Below, piece after piece: positions 40,355-55,119 of a stretch of DNA of 64,000 nucleotides. The notes under the pieces were generated by a model that was not told where the DNA came from, ran no database searches, and saw nothing but the letters and a program-made list of their open reading frames with translations. Every line of letters starts with the position of its first letter. The stretch's first letter is position 1. Both the position numbers and the translations under genes were made by a program. The stretch is from Eledone cirrhosa (lineage: Eukaryota): the NCBI GenBank assembly GCA_964016885.1, contig OZ024753.1, positions 23,188,001-23,252,000 of the forward strand. The letters run 5' to 3'.

Positions 40355-40409
40355 CATTTCCACATTTCTCTACCGATTTCATCAAAATCGGTAGAGAAAT
40401 GTGGAAATG
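40355..40409. repeat. Perfect hairpin, 25-bp arms, 5-nt loop
   Basis: CATTTCCACATTTCTCTACCGATTT-CATCA-AAATCGGTAGAGAAATGTGGAAATG. Confidence 0.93.
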
Positions 40410-40442
40410 CATAAAGATCATACACACAGGCAGACATCTTCC

Positions 40443-40532
<90 letters not shown>

Positions 40533-40543
40533 TGTATATATAT

Positions 40544-41308
<765 letters not shown>

Positions 41309-42462
41309 TAAAAGGAAAAGGAAATGCTGACAAATTGTTCCCAGTGAAAAATAGTTTAATTAGGAATAAGTAAAAATTAGTAATAGTATTGGTTAGTATT
41401 CCGTTTTGGTTTTAAGTTTTACCGGTTGCGCATTTCTAATGCTTTTCAAAAATAATTTTGAGATAGAGCGCCCGTGATGTTTGCTCTAATCTGATTAGTT
41501 TTGGAAATTCTACCTGTTTTATGTAAAAAAAAGTGGCTCCAGATGTATGAAAAAAATTATTGGGGACAAAACAATTTTGATTGGTCGGTAGAGGTTATGT
41601 GAATGTTAAAAATTGATTTTGCGCCAAATGTAGGTTTGTCTCGGCTGATTGAGAAGTCATTGAAAAATAAGTCTTTCAAGACAAATATGTGTGTGTGTGT
41701 GTAGTAGTAGCAAAGAGGTTCGTTGTTGTGATAATGGTCAGCAGGGATGTGTGCGAACCGCAGCATGTTGACAGTTCAAATGCCTATTAAGACAAGTGTG
41801 TGTGTGTGTGTGTAGCAGAGTAATTAGTGGTAGAGGGATGGTCAGTAGGAATGTGTCTGTACGTATGTGGGGGATATTTTAACATGTTAAAGATATTTTT
41901 CAGCTCTTGTCTTATACGGAGAAGTGTGTGTGTGTGTGTGTGTGTATATATGTCTCTTTGTATGTTAATGTACGCGTGTGTATGTGTGTGTGTATATATG
42001 TGTGTGTGGGGGTGGGGGTGGGGGGTGAACCAGTATTTTTGTGATACTGGTAAAAATGGTGTACATTATTCGATATTTTCAGTAAAAACGATTCTCTCAA
42101 TAGAACATCAAAAACCTTAACAATAAAAGGTGTGAAATGATATATAGTATTGGCATAATACCAAGGTGTGTGTGAGTGTCCAGATTGTAGTACTGCAAGG
42201 GGAATCCATTAGGCCTTGCCGTATTGGAATACTTGTGTACAAATATGTATGTGCCTATCAGTGTGCAATGCATGTGTGCGTATATGTATGTGTGTGTGTC
42301 GGCACGTTTATATCTATAGACATCAAAAGGTATGCACATTTGTGTATATTTGTGTTGCACCATAGAACATGTGTGTTTACGTATGTCATTGTGTTTATAT
42401 GTGGATAGAGATGTATGCTGATGTAGGTATGTATGTTGACGTGTGTATGTTGTGGCTTCGTC

Positions 42463-44024
42463 TTAGGGAGAAGTGTTTAGACGGAGTCCGTATTTGTTAA
42501 TAAAGTGAGATTCCTTGCTGATGCGCTGGGTGTGGATGGCATTATCTTTAAATTTGTAGAGGGGAAAGATTCTGAAGTTGGGATGATTTTGGGCGGCACA
42601 GGTATCAATGTGTTCACTCAGTGGTATTTTCCTGTATTCCCGTATTTTAATTTGGGATCTATGGACAATCATGCGTTGGCGGAGGCTGTTTTTGGTCTGG
42701 CCTATGTATTGTTCTCGACAGCCTGAGCAAGTTAATACATATATTAGATTTTCTGATGCGCATGTTAAATTGTGTTTTACTATAAAACGTTGTCCTTCTT
42801 TGAAATAGAATTCCGAATCCTCTATTAGGTTGATGCATATGCCACAGTTGGTTCTATCGTATTTCTTTACTGTGGGTTTCGTTGTTGTGGTTGGCAGTAC
42901 TTTGGCATGTGTTAGGATGTTTTTCATTGACTTAGATTGTCTTTTGCTCTTTATGATATCGTGTGTTCGTAGGATTTGGTTCATTCTATGGTCCTTTTAC
43001 AACACAGGGATGTTCTGGAGGATGGTGTCAAAGGCCTCATTGTTGAGGGGGTTGTGTGTGGAGATGTATGGAAGAGCTTTTAGTTTCGGTTGATTTACTT
43101 TAGGGTGTCTAAGGTCCTGGGTACTGAGTTTTAGGGCACGTTGGATTCCATTGTCAATTAGTGATGCAGGGTAGTCCCTGCCTATGAGTGTGTCCTTTAG
43201 TTCTTGTAGCCGTAAGTAGCAGATGTTTTTATTGGAGACTATAGTACAGATTCTCTTGGCTAAGTTGTAGGGCATATTAATTTTAACGTGTCTAGGGTGT
43301 CAAGAGTTGAAGGGGAGATATTGCTTGGAGTCTGTGGGCTTGTAGTATATGTCTGTTTCTATTTTTTTGTTATGGATCTTAATGAGGATGTCGAGGAAGG
43401 GGAGTTGTTGATGGCTGTATTCCATCCAATATTCGTGTTGAGCTCATTTATAAGGGTGTGAAATTCTTTAAGTTTCTCGATGTTTTCGTGCCAAAGGATG
43501 AAGCAGTCATCTAGATATCGCTTCCAGTTACTTTCTATGTGTAAGTGGAGAGTGTTTCCAAATCTGTTTAGTACTTTAGTGTAGAGGGTGATTTCCAGGT
43601 ATCCCATGACTAGGTTGGCATAAGTGGGGGCTGTTTTCGTTCCCATAGCGGTCCCAGATTTCTGCCTATAGGGTTTGTTATTAAAAATGAAGTAATTGTT
43701 CTCCAAGATAAATTTGAGTCAGTCTATCACGAATTCTTTTTTGATGCGTTGTGGGAGTTCATTGTGGTAATTATCCAGCCAGAATTGGATAGCTTCTATT
43801 CCTAGGTTGTGGGGGATGTTGGAGTATAGGTTGACTACATCGAACGTCACTAGTAGGGTTTGTTCAGAAAGGGGAATATTAGGGAGGTGATTGAGCATAT
43901 CTAGGTCGTCCCTTATATAGGTTTTGATGTGTTTGAGAAAAGGCTTGAGAAGGATATCAATGAAGTTGCTAAGGCGGTGGGTTTCGCAAGCGGGGCCTGC
44001 TATTATAGGTCTTAATTTGAGATC
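42463..44024 (-). mobile_element. Neptune-like Penelope element (RT plus GIY-YIG), 5'-truncated at (TA)n, few frameshifts
   Basis: LRPIIAG, FDVVNLYSNIP, GTAMGTKTAPTYANL, WKRYLDD, PYNLAKRICTIVS, CGIC, NLIYVLTCSGCREQYIGQT..RQR..H. Confidence 0.93.
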
Positions 44025-44080
44025 ATATATATATATATATATGTATATATAGAAAAATAATATGTATATATATATATATA

Positions 44081-44122
<42 letters not shown>

Positions 44123-44128
44123 TATATA

Positions 44129-44183
<55 letters not shown>

Positions 44184-44790
44184 AACCAGTAAGACCCCGA
44201 CAGCTGAGCTCAAGCCGTTTCGACGGCTAATTCTGGACTAAATGAAAATTTATCCTGGTATTTAAATAGCCGATCTTCTCAAGGGGTAATTCCATATATG
44301 GTCAAAGTGATTGTCAAAAATCAGTAGTAATTCTGTGGTTGCAAATTAGTAGGGGAGATGGTGGCTAAACCTGCCAGTAGGAGAAAGAGGGGAGGGGGTG
44401 GAGTAGACCCAATCAAGCGTTGGTAGTGCCAGCTACAGCTGGGCATGAGGTCAAAGAAGATACAGGGGAGGGGGAGGGGGAGGAAGTCGGAACGGTAGGT
44501 AGAACAATGGGGGGTAGAAATATATAGGAAAGAAAAAATACTGAGAGTGAAGAAAAGCAAATAAGTGTAAAGAAAAAAGTAAAGTAAATTAAATTCTACG
44601 ACCTAAGTCTCTAGCTATTGTTAGGCTAGAATAAATAAATAAAGAAAGAAAGAAAGAAGTAAAGAAATAAATAAAGAAATAACGAAATAAGTAAAAGAAC
44701 TAGGTGGTTCCTATTACCCACTCTACTACCTCAAGTATTGAGTACTTTGGTGCGTTATGGTCCACCTGGTTCCTTACCACATTTCCTCCG

Positions 44791-44872
<82 letters not shown>

Positions 44873-44894
44873 ATATATATATATATATATATGT

Positions 44895-44968
<74 letters not shown>

Positions 44969-45246
44969 GTAAATATCTTTAAGTCGTTAGGAAGCCTCGA
45001 CAATGCAAATGGGTAAATCTCCGGGTAACAAGATCCGGTGGTGGAGAGAGAGATGTAAGTGGGTGTACGTTGAGATGCGTGGTGTGTATAAGATGTGTAA
45101 GATGTGTAGAAGAATGAAGGGAAGAGTATAAAGGATAAAATAAAAATAACAACACAAGAGAGAGTTACCTTGGGAGAGATTTAATAGTCCCTATATATTT
45201 CGAATTCACATCCATCAACTGTCATATATATATATACATATATGTG

Positions 45247-45281
<35 letters not shown>

Positions 45282-45956
45282 GTTATATAGTAAGGTCTAT
45301 TATTGGTTGTGTCATACGGTCCAATAAATTTTTGTCAGCAATATTAAGTTCTCCACGCTTTTGTATATCTCCAATTCTATTTATACGGACAGCTAGATGA
45401 TATAAAACGCAGTATTTGTATCAAAATAAAGATCCGAAGGCATGGTATCAATTTCCAATCATTTTAATCACGACACATGTTTCAATAAGTGATAGATCGA
45501 TCGTGCGACCATGATCGATTATTACTGATCTCGTTAGATGATAATGAATTGTCTTCAAATCCTTGATATGAGGGAGAAAATTTAACGATGTTCACTCACT
45601 AGAGTGTTGTCCCCCATATGAAGATTGAGCAGCCAAAACACGCCGGCTGCTATCGTGCTCAGTAAGGGTCATAAAACTATCAAGTCTCTATCTATTAAAA
45701 GACGCTGGACGGGTCTAATCTCAACATAAAATCTTTCGAATTACAGTCGGTCACAGTTAGTGTGAGTGAGTACACACACACTCACACACGCCGATGCGAG
45801 GTTGAAGAAAAAAATATATATACAAACCAACATAGTATTCACGGAAAGTTAGTTTACAAAACTACAAATGTTATATTGGTCAAATCTCCATTTGACGATG
45901 TAAATTGGAGAAATTGTGTCAACCGCTAACCTATACATACGCAAGTATATTTTACG

Positions 45957-48900
45957 AACGTCCTCATCAGATAAAATAAATTGATGTCTGACATATCTCA
46001 ACTGTGCTGATGGTTCAATTCCAGTCTTGGCAGTGATTAGTTATAACAACATTCAGTATTTATATACCATAAGTTGTAACATGAAAAACTACATATAATA
46101 AAGAGGGTATGTAGGAAAATGTGTATAAAAATATATAATAATATATATATATAAAGGCAAGTAATAAATATAAACATAAAACTACATAACTGTTAAAAAT
46201 TTAAATAATAGAATATGTATACCTCCGCATTATAGAAGGAGCAAATGAAAGAGGGAGAGGTCTAACAGGAGGAGAGAGAGAAAAGGATAGAGAGATGATA
46301 GTAAAAACAAAAAAAGGGAGATATGGATGGTAACATATAATTACATAAGGAGAAGGTGAATCAAGGTATATGATGCGTGACCGTTTTTTTCTTTCAAATA
46401 TTAAGTTAATTAGAACTAATCTATCAATTAAATAACTTGAAATTTTTAGAGTATAATATTTGAAAGAACCTGTATTCTTGTATTATATCAAAATTAAAAC
46501 AAGTATAAAGTGAAAAAGATAATTTAACATAACTCCAATGGTAATCAAGAATAGTCAATAATTTAGTTAGAAAGATTAAAATTGAAAATGTTATTAACTA
46601 ACCATAAAGCTTATAAATGTAGTAAATATGATATTATTGATCCATATTTATTTAGATATAAGAATTTGTATAGTTGTTATATAAACTATAAGATTTAAAT
46701 CGATATTTGTCAATTATATATAATATTAATTATTAGTTATAATTACACTTAAGCGTGTTATAAATTTGATTTAACTAAATTTTACTGTATTCACAATTAT
46801 ACATCAATTTAAGTACAGATTATTATTCAATTTAGATAAAACGAAACTTTTATTCGATAAATGTAAACAATAAATTCGTAAGACGTAAACAAACATGTAA
46901 AGTAATTAAACGGTTTACGAGTCTGAAGACATTACAGGTATCACATTTATAAGATACAAAGTTTAAAAATACGAAATCAAAACTAAATGTATTTAAACAA
47001 TCTAGAGATTAAGATACTCTATAAGAGAGCAGGTAAACAATTTCTATGGTTAGGTAGAAACATTATATCCAATATTAATAATAGCAATAATAATAAAAGT
47101 ATTACAAGAATTATTAATCAGAGTCAATATCATTTCACACCTGGAATTATTAATAAAAGTCGAAATCATTTCACGTTTAATAAATGTTTTTTCCTAATTT
47201 TATATGATGCTTGATTTGTGCAGGCAGTTTGAGAATAATTAACTTTTTTTTATTAATTAAGTTACCATAATTAGCAATTATGATTAGAGTTTCGGTATTG
47301 CAAAGATTGCAGTTAGGATAAATAGAGGAATTTTGGTAGACTTGACAATTGCGAAGCTTGGACCAAAATATTGAGTATTTTAAATTTTTCTCTTTTAAAG
47401 ACCATATTAGTTGTGATAAAGAAAATTTCTTATCCGGATTAGAAAAAGAATGCTTATGATTGGAAAATCTCAGTTTAAATCTCAATGAAGTTGCACCTAT
47501 GTAATTGTAGGTAATGTTATTTGCTTTAACGGTACATTTATATACTAAGTTCTTATCAAGGCAATTATTTTGCAAAGGGCAATCAGATCTATTTCTACAG
47601 TTACATTTCAATTTTCTGTTATTACTATAATTTAAACTGTACGCGTTATCATTGCTAATATTTGTAGTTGTTCTATTGTAAGTGCTTAGATTAATGTTAT
47701 TGCCAGTATCAATATTATTGCTAATAGTAATATTGTCATTATCACTAATTATCTGTTCGTTATAACTAAGAATTCTGCTATTTATATTTGCAATGTTCTG
47801 AGCCATATTCATAGTTGTAGAGTAAGATAGATTGACTGTGTGTCTATTGAAGATGGAATAGTATTTATGCGTTCTAGGGAAACATTTATCTAATGCCTTA
47901 AAAAATAATTGTGCTAGGGGTGTTTTAATAGCTAAAGATGCTGGTGGTGCGTACCAAATAACTGATTTGGTTCTGATTTTTTTCCCCGATTTATTCACGA
48001 AATTAGTATTTTTATTTATATTTAAATTATTTTTAGAGTCTGCTTTATTTATGTTATTCCTATAATTACTTAGTTTATAATTAGAATTACTATTATCTAG
48101 ATATTCAATATTATTTTTATACCCTGCCTTATGCAACGCTTCCTTATAATATCCAGCTTTGTTATCAAAAATGGATTTGTTAGCAGATAATCTAGTTAGA
48201 CGTTGTTGAACACTATTGACTATTGCATTTTTAACAGATTTAGGATGATTAGAATGAAAGCAAACATAATTTAGGTTTTCATTGGGCTTATAGAAGGGGT
48301 AATATAGTCCTGAATTTAAATTAAGGGTGACATCAAGGAAGTTAACTACTTTACTGTTACTTTCTACTTCTAATTTCAGGTCAAATTTTTTAAAGAATTC
48401 TATAATTGTTTACTTAACCCTATTTAGTTCAGTATTGCTATGTTTAACTACAGTAAATAATATATCGTCCCTATATAAACCACCGGTAATCTCCGGCAAT
48501 TTTCTATTTATCATATTAAGGATAAAAATTTCCAGAAGATCGGTAACTTGCGAAGAGTCAGACGATCCCGTGGTAATTATAGCTAATAATTAATATTATA
48601 TATAAGTGACAAATATCTATTTAAATGTTATAGTTTATATATAAACTATACAAATGCTTATATCTAAATAAATCTGGTTTAATAATATCATATTTACTAC
48701 ATTTATAAGCTTTATGGTTAGTTAATAACATTTTTAATTTTAATCTTTCTAACTAAATTATTGACTACATTTAATAATTTAAATATACTCTTGATTACCC
48801 CTGGAGTTATGTTAAATTATCTTTTTCACTTTATATTTGTTTTAATTTTGATATAATACAATAACATAGGTTCTTTCAAATATTATAATCTAAAAATTTC

Positions 48901-49440
48901 AAGTTATTTAATTGATAGATTAGTTCTAATTAACTTAATATTTGAAATAAAAAACGGTCACGCATCATACACCTTGATTCTCCTTCTCCTTATGTAATTA
49001 TATGTTACCATCCATATCTCCCTTTCTTTGTTTTTACTATCATCACTCTATACTTTTCTCTCTCTCCTCCTGTTATCCCTCTCCCTCTCTCATTTGCTCC
49101 TTCTATAATGCGGAGGTATACATATTTTATTATTTAAATTTTTAACAGTTATGTAGTTTTATGTTTATATTTATTACTTGCCTTTATATATATTTATTAT
49201 TATATATTTTTATACACATTTTCCTACATACCCTCTTTATTATATGTAGTTTTTCATGTTACAACTTATGGTATATAAATACTGCCAAGGCTGAAATTGA
49301 ACCATCAGCACAGTTGAGGCATGTCAGACATAAATTTATTTGGACGTACTGATGAAATAGCTCAGTACCTCTGAAATATGTATAATAAAATATAGTTGAT
49401 CACATGAATGTCTATATTTATTAATATTTTGAAGTAATAT
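45957..49440 (-). mobile_element. Hydra-like PLE (coding about 47177-48570) flanked by ~700-bp inverted copies of its 3' region
   Basis: IFNRHTVNLSYS, CNCRNRSDCPL, YIGATSLRFKLRFSNH, CNLC. About 45975-46690 is the reverse complement of about 48640-49340. Confidence 0.88.
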
Positions 49441-49550
49441 TAATAACTCCAGAAAATGTAACTGTTGAGTGCTTCTAATCTATAGTAAAACTGTATTCAT
49501 TGATTAATCAATGAACCTTGTTAAACTTTTGATTATATATATATATATAT

Positions 49551-50937
49551 ATTCGATGCGTGAAGGGACAACTTAACTGACACGAAAATTAACTGCGGCA
49601 AGAAATTTTTTCTTATATCAAAGTTTAATGGGCTTCCACTGACGATTTATAAGCGCCCACCTAAATATTTTCTTACATGAAAATATGTTAGGCTTCTACA
49701 TAAACTGGAAACATTCTCCCAACTTGTAGAAAACTTATAATGAAACAATTGTTTGGAAAGAGAGATATATTTTAACTTTAATTATATCTCATATAAAATA
49801 ATACAACTGGCTTTCACAAAATACATATAGTTAGCACCCCAAACACTTAAATTGGGTTTATACTAACGTATAACCTAATGTTTGTTGAGTGAGATGGTTA
49901 CCAGTCGGAGTTTAGCTTTAAGCTATCTCTGTTATTGTATTAAATATTTTACTCTTGATTTGGCCAGAGATTTTTATTTCCAGGTACCTTATAAACATGA
50001 CTTTCCGTATTTATTACTGTTATGAGATATTGCTTGTTTTTTTGGATATCACTTCTCTGTTTTTAGCCTAAGAAAATATCTATATGCGTGTGTAAATAAT
50101 TACATGCATACATTTATTTTTTAAAATTAATTGAGTTCTTAACACGTGAAATTAATATTGGTTTTGAAATAACTAATTAACTCGCGTGTATTAAATAGTT
50201 TACTCTTAATTTGGCCAGAGATTTACATTCCCAAATGCCTTTTAAAGCGTAACTTTCCGTATTGATTACAGTTATGAGATGTGGTTGGTTTTTAGGTATC
50301 ACTTCTCTGTTTTTAGCCTAAGAAAATATCTATATGCGTGTGTAATTAATACACGCATACATTTATTTTTTTAAAATTAATTGAGTTCTTAACACGCAGG
50401 ATTGATAATGTTTTTGAAAAAAACTAATTTACCCACGTGTATATTATTTTACTTTTCTCGTGACTCGTGGTTGTCTCCCTTTTCCGCTTCGTGACGCTAT
50501 GATACTTCCTCAGTCAAAAGACTGCTGGAATTTCAAATTTGGCGGTCATTCGATGCGTGAAGGGACAACTTAACGGACACGAAAATTAACTGCTGTAAGA
50601 AATTTTTTCTTATATCAAAGTTTAATGGGCTTCCACTGACGATTTATAAGTGCCCACCTAAATATTTTCTTACATGAAAATATGTTAGGCTTCTACATAA
50701 ACTGGAAACATTCTCCCAACTTGTAGAAAACTTATAATGAAACAATTGTTTGGAAAGAGAGATATATTTTAACTTTAATTATATCTCATATAAAATAATA
50801 CAACTGGCTTTCCACAAAATACATATAGTTAGCACCCCAAACACTTAAATTGGGTTTATACTAACGTATAACCTAATGTTTGTTGAGTGAGATGGTTACC
50901 AGTCGGAGTTTAGCTTTAAGCTATCTCTGTTATTGTA

Positions 50938-50940
<3 letters not shown>
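49551..50940. repeat. 997-bp unit in about 1.4 tandem copies between (TA)n tracts, with an internal ~250-bp duplication
   Basis: ATTCGATGCGTGAAGGGACAACTTAAC at 49551 and 50548. Confidence 0.93.
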
Positions 50941-51000
<60 letters not shown>

Positions 51001-51033
51001 GCCGAACGGCGCCCGACAGACTGGTCGGTCAAG

Positions 51034-51069
<36 letters not shown>

Positions 51070-51120
51070 TGAATAAAATAACAGGAGGCTGGACTGGTGT
51101 AAATCCTTGAAAAGTTTATT

Positions 51121-51178
51121 ATACGATGATCATTTCAATGACCGGGTTCCGTATGAATCCGGTGATATCATCAGGTAT
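51121..51178 (-). ncRNA. Type I hammerhead ribozyme
   Basis: ATAC-CTGATGA-TATCACCGG..CCGGTCATT-GAAAT GATC ATC-GTAT. Palindromic loop III GAUC. Confidence 0.82.
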
Positions 51179-51373
51179 TCGAAATATAACAAAGGAATAT
51201 ATAAAATCCATGGATCCGAAATCAGAGACAGAGAGGACGACTGACCAACTAACTGCTTTCACCTCGGTCAGTAACCCTCAAGTGATGGCTATTCGGTCTA
51301 CTAATGACAATCTGGTGAAGGGGCGAAGGCTTATAGTGTACTACCACCTCTCCGTCAAAGAATAAAAAAAAGA

Positions 51374-51375
<2 letters not shown>

Positions 51376-51446
<71 letters not shown>

Positions 51447-51450
51447 AGAA
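51376..51450. repeat. (GAAA)n microsatellite
   Basis: Read directly. Confidence 0.97.
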
Positions 51451-51670
51451 AAGTCAGCGTAAGGGTCACACTACAGTCAGGCGAGAAAACGCCGCGAAAA
51501 ATGTTATTCCAAAGAAACTATATTTTAACAAAGGCATATATAATGGGTGTCTGTATGGTCAAATGTGTGAACAGAAAATTGGAACGTTAACTTATCAAGA
51601 TTGACCATACGGAATGATCAATTCTATCCGGTGGTGAACCAACAAACCTGAATAAATAAATATATATATA

Positions 51671-51853
51671 TAAACGGAAAAAATGAAACGAAATTTCATT
51701 TCTCACTCTTAGTACGGCTGTTACTTAAATATAAGTATGTATACGTACATACATATATGTATACAGACGTACAGTAGTACGAATACATACTTATATTTAA
51801 GTAACAGCCGTACTAAGAGTGAGAAATGAAATTTCGTTTCATTTTTTCCGTTT
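51671..51853. repeat. Family B terminal segment as a fold-back (about 70-bp arms)
   Basis: AAACGGAAAAAATGAAACGAAATTTC.. / ..GAAATTTCGTTTCATTTTTTCCGTTT. Confidence 0.9.
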
Positions 51854-51854
51854 A

Positions 51855-51966
51855 TCCTTTTGAAGTCACAAGCGGTTAATCCTATATAAGCTTTGTTGGA
51901 GGTGTCCGTCCTCACATTGTACTGGTAGATCACATTACGATCTCTGCATCTGGTATCGAGGGGGCA
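51855..51966 (-). mobile_element. Short PLE GIY-YIG fragment
   Basis: CPLDTRCRDRNVIYQYNV..KAYIGLTACDFKR. Confidence 0.75.
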
Positions 51967-52040
51967 CACATGGTTATATTGTTACATGAATACACATGCA
52001 TATATACATACTTAGCTATATCCCCCCATGTATATGCATC

Positions 52041-52071
<31 letters not shown>

Positions 52072-52168
52072 TATATGAATATGAATGTATGAATGCATAT
52101 ACATGGGGGGATATAGCTAAGTATGTATATATGCAATGTGTATTCATGTAGGAATATAACCATGTGTG
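51966..52168. repeat. Inverted repeat, about 75-bp arms, around a TA-rich spacer
   Basis: CTTAGCTATATCCCCCCATGTATATGCAT / ATGCATATACATGGGGGGATATAGCTAAG. Confidence 0.88.
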
Positions 52169-52659
52169 TATCATCCACATATAAACACGTGACTGCAAGT
52201 GTGTATATCGATATTGGAAGACACAACTTTTAAATACGAATGTATAATGAGATTTGGCTGGAAGCTTTTATAGTGGACATAAAATAGGAATGAATAGATG
52301 GCGATATGTATATGTTACTGTATTTCATGAATACATAAAATATATTGAAGCATCTTTTACTAACTTAGAGACACTTAAACTTAAATAGGCATAGCATATG
52401 TATATACATACACACACACATATATATGTGTATATATATATATATATGTGTGTGTTTTATATGTGGTATATATATATATATATATATACATTTAAAAACA
52501 TACGCATCCACACACACAAACATGCACACATATATATGTGTGTGTGTGTATGGAAATCTTTAGAAAATTAACAAAGAAAGGATAAAAAAACGAACGGAAA
52601 CAAAACGAAAAATATCTTTTTAAGGGGAACACACACACGCACGCACACGCCCGCACACA

Positions 52660-53257
52660 CATACATACATGGTGGCTGCCAACTCGTTTTCGAGTACGGT
52701 CACTTCTTTATATCCATGTAGGAGAACCTCTACCGATGCGCTGAACGAGTGCGACTTTTTAGTCCAGCCAGCGGCTTGAAACTCTGGTACAAACACTACA
52801 CTTGTGACAATTACTGAAACATAGTGCTGGGCTCATGGTACCATGTGACGACAAGTGCAGAGAGATTTCCAGATATAAAGCAATGCCTGTGCCGTGAAGC
52901 TTTTATAGTAAGCAAACGCACTGCACAAAGCCAGTCCAACTCTCTTAACCAACATACATACAAACATACATACATGGTGGCTGCCAACTCGTTTTCGAGT
53001 ACGGCCACTACTTTATATCCATGTAGGAGAACCCCTACCGATGCGCTGAACGAGTGTGACTTTTTAGTCCAGCCAGCGACTTGAAAACTCTGGTACAAAC
53101 ACTACACCTGTGACAATTATTGACACATACTGCTGGGCCCATGGTACCATGTGACGACAAGTGCAGAGAGATCTCCAGACATAAAGCAATGCCTGTGCCG
53201 TGAAGCTTTTATAGTGAGCAAAGGCACTGCACAAAGCCAGTCCCACTCTCTTAACCA
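52660..53257. repeat. 305-bp unit in about 2 tandem copies, each preceded by CATA repeats
   Basis: CATGGTGGCTGCCAACTCGTTTTCGAG at 52668 and 52973. Confidence 0.93.
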
Positions 53258-54005
53258 AGATGATATTTACCAAAAAGAAGAACGAGTCAACATCATTGGA
53301 TACCATCAGGGTTGCAGGTGTTATATCAGAGTTTTCCTTCTCCTAGAATTCTGCCTTGACAAAGGCTAAGGGGTCATCTCTCCCATACATACATACATAC
53401 ATACATACATACATACATACATACATACATACATACATACATACATACATACATAATATATCAAATTTACAACTGCATCGCAGTGATAGAAACCAAATTA
53501 GCGGTATACCCGTACAACCAATGATGTGAGAGAGACTTTTTTCCTCGGTGGACTCATAACCACAGAAATACTATAACACAGAGCTGTGTGCAGCTACAAT
53601 AATAGATAACAACACCAACGAAACCCAAAGAGTTAAAAGATATTTTACTCAAACAGTCACTATTTCTGATATGTCATAAATAGTGCAGCTGTAAATTCAC
53701 TCTAGTGGGATTATGTAATTAATCTGAACTGGCATATCCTCCAGTAACATCTGACTATAGCAAGAATAATCTCGGTTAATTGTAGTTTTTCAACACGTAT
53801 TACATAAGTTAATTTTTCCAAAATGACTGAATACGTTCGTGTGTTATTTTTCTGAATTTATTTTCATTCATTTAAATCTCTTATTTGTCCTTCTATTTTC
53901 TGATGAGGGATTAGTGTCCAAAACGTTAAGTCTCTTGTCCTATTATTTCTAGCGTTAAACTAATATATTTGTTTATTGTCCTACCGTATGTTATGTTATT
54001 GGGGT

Positions 54006-54067
<62 letters not shown>

Positions 54068-54236
54068 CCCCCCACCACATATATATATATATAATTATTA
54101 AGGCCAGTTATTGCAACACCGCCTACCAGGTAGGTACGATTCGTTGGTCCGGAGGAAAAACTCACCCTACGGTCTTGCTCTATACCTTGGATATTTTTAC
54201 CAAATTATTATTACTCTACAAATATATATGTATGTA

Positions 54237-54272
<36 letters not shown>

Positions 54273-54303
54273 TGTATGTATGTATGTATGTATGTATATA
54301 ATG

Positions 54304-54342
<39 letters not shown>

Positions 54343-54370
54343 GTATATATTGTATGTATGTTTGTATATG

Positions 54371-54402
<32 letters not shown>

Positions 54403-54628
54403 TATTTCGTTTCTGAATTTGTTTAGCAAGATTCTTTATCTGAAATCGTGTGTTGAAACCGATATTGTTATACTTTGGGAGGGTCATGTTGCCAATAAGA
54501 AACAAAGCACCAGTTGCTTTCACTTCAATTTATTATATATTTGCAAATTTATAAATTTACAAATTTACAAACTTATAAATTTCTGGTTGGTTGGTTGGTT
54601 CCACAACCAGATAGTTGTTTATATATAT

Positions 54629-54673
54629 AGTCATAGTCCTTTCGTCACACATTCTGTGACCTCTTCAGTGACT
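54629..54673 (-). ncRNA. Minimal type I hammerhead in a solo pLTR (54405-54745) of the 10916-12960 PLE family
   Basis: AGTCA-CTGAAGA-G GTCACA GAATG TGTGAC-GAAAG GA CTA-TGACT. Confidence 0.78.
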
Positions 54674-54746
54674 GGGGATTCCTTTCTTCGTTTCTGTGCC
54701 TTTCCTTTCTTCTATCCTACGCCATTTTGTTTCTGTGTGTGTCACA

Positions 54747-54806
<60 letters not shown>

Positions 54807-54851
54807 AAATGGCGTGCTGCGTGGTTGCAAATGGGTTACATATGAATAAAA

Positions 54852-55119
54852 TTAGTCCCTCATCAGTGATCTTCCAGCCTTCATTGGTATTTCATCGCTT
54901 TAAAAATCATATACCTCTGGTTGGTGCGAGCAACGGCTAAAGAAAGTCGTTGGGACACGTAAAATAGGGTGAAACGAGCGAGATATCTCTCGCTCGTTTC
55001 ACCCTATTTTACGTGTCCCAACGACTTTCTTTAGCCGTTGCTCGCACCAACCAGAGGTATATGATTTTTAAAGCGATGAAATACCAATGAAGGCTGGAAG
55101 ATCACTGATGAGGGACTAA
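54852..55119. repeat. Family A perfect palindrome, 132-bp arms, 4-nt loop
   Basis: Centre CGAGCGAGA-TATC-TCTCGCTCG. Confidence 0.97.

Noticed and set aside
53895-53940. CTGATGAGGGATTAGTGTCCAAAACGTTAAGTC
   Set aside because: Probably an HHR relic, but G12 is lost and stem I does not pair, so it is not called.
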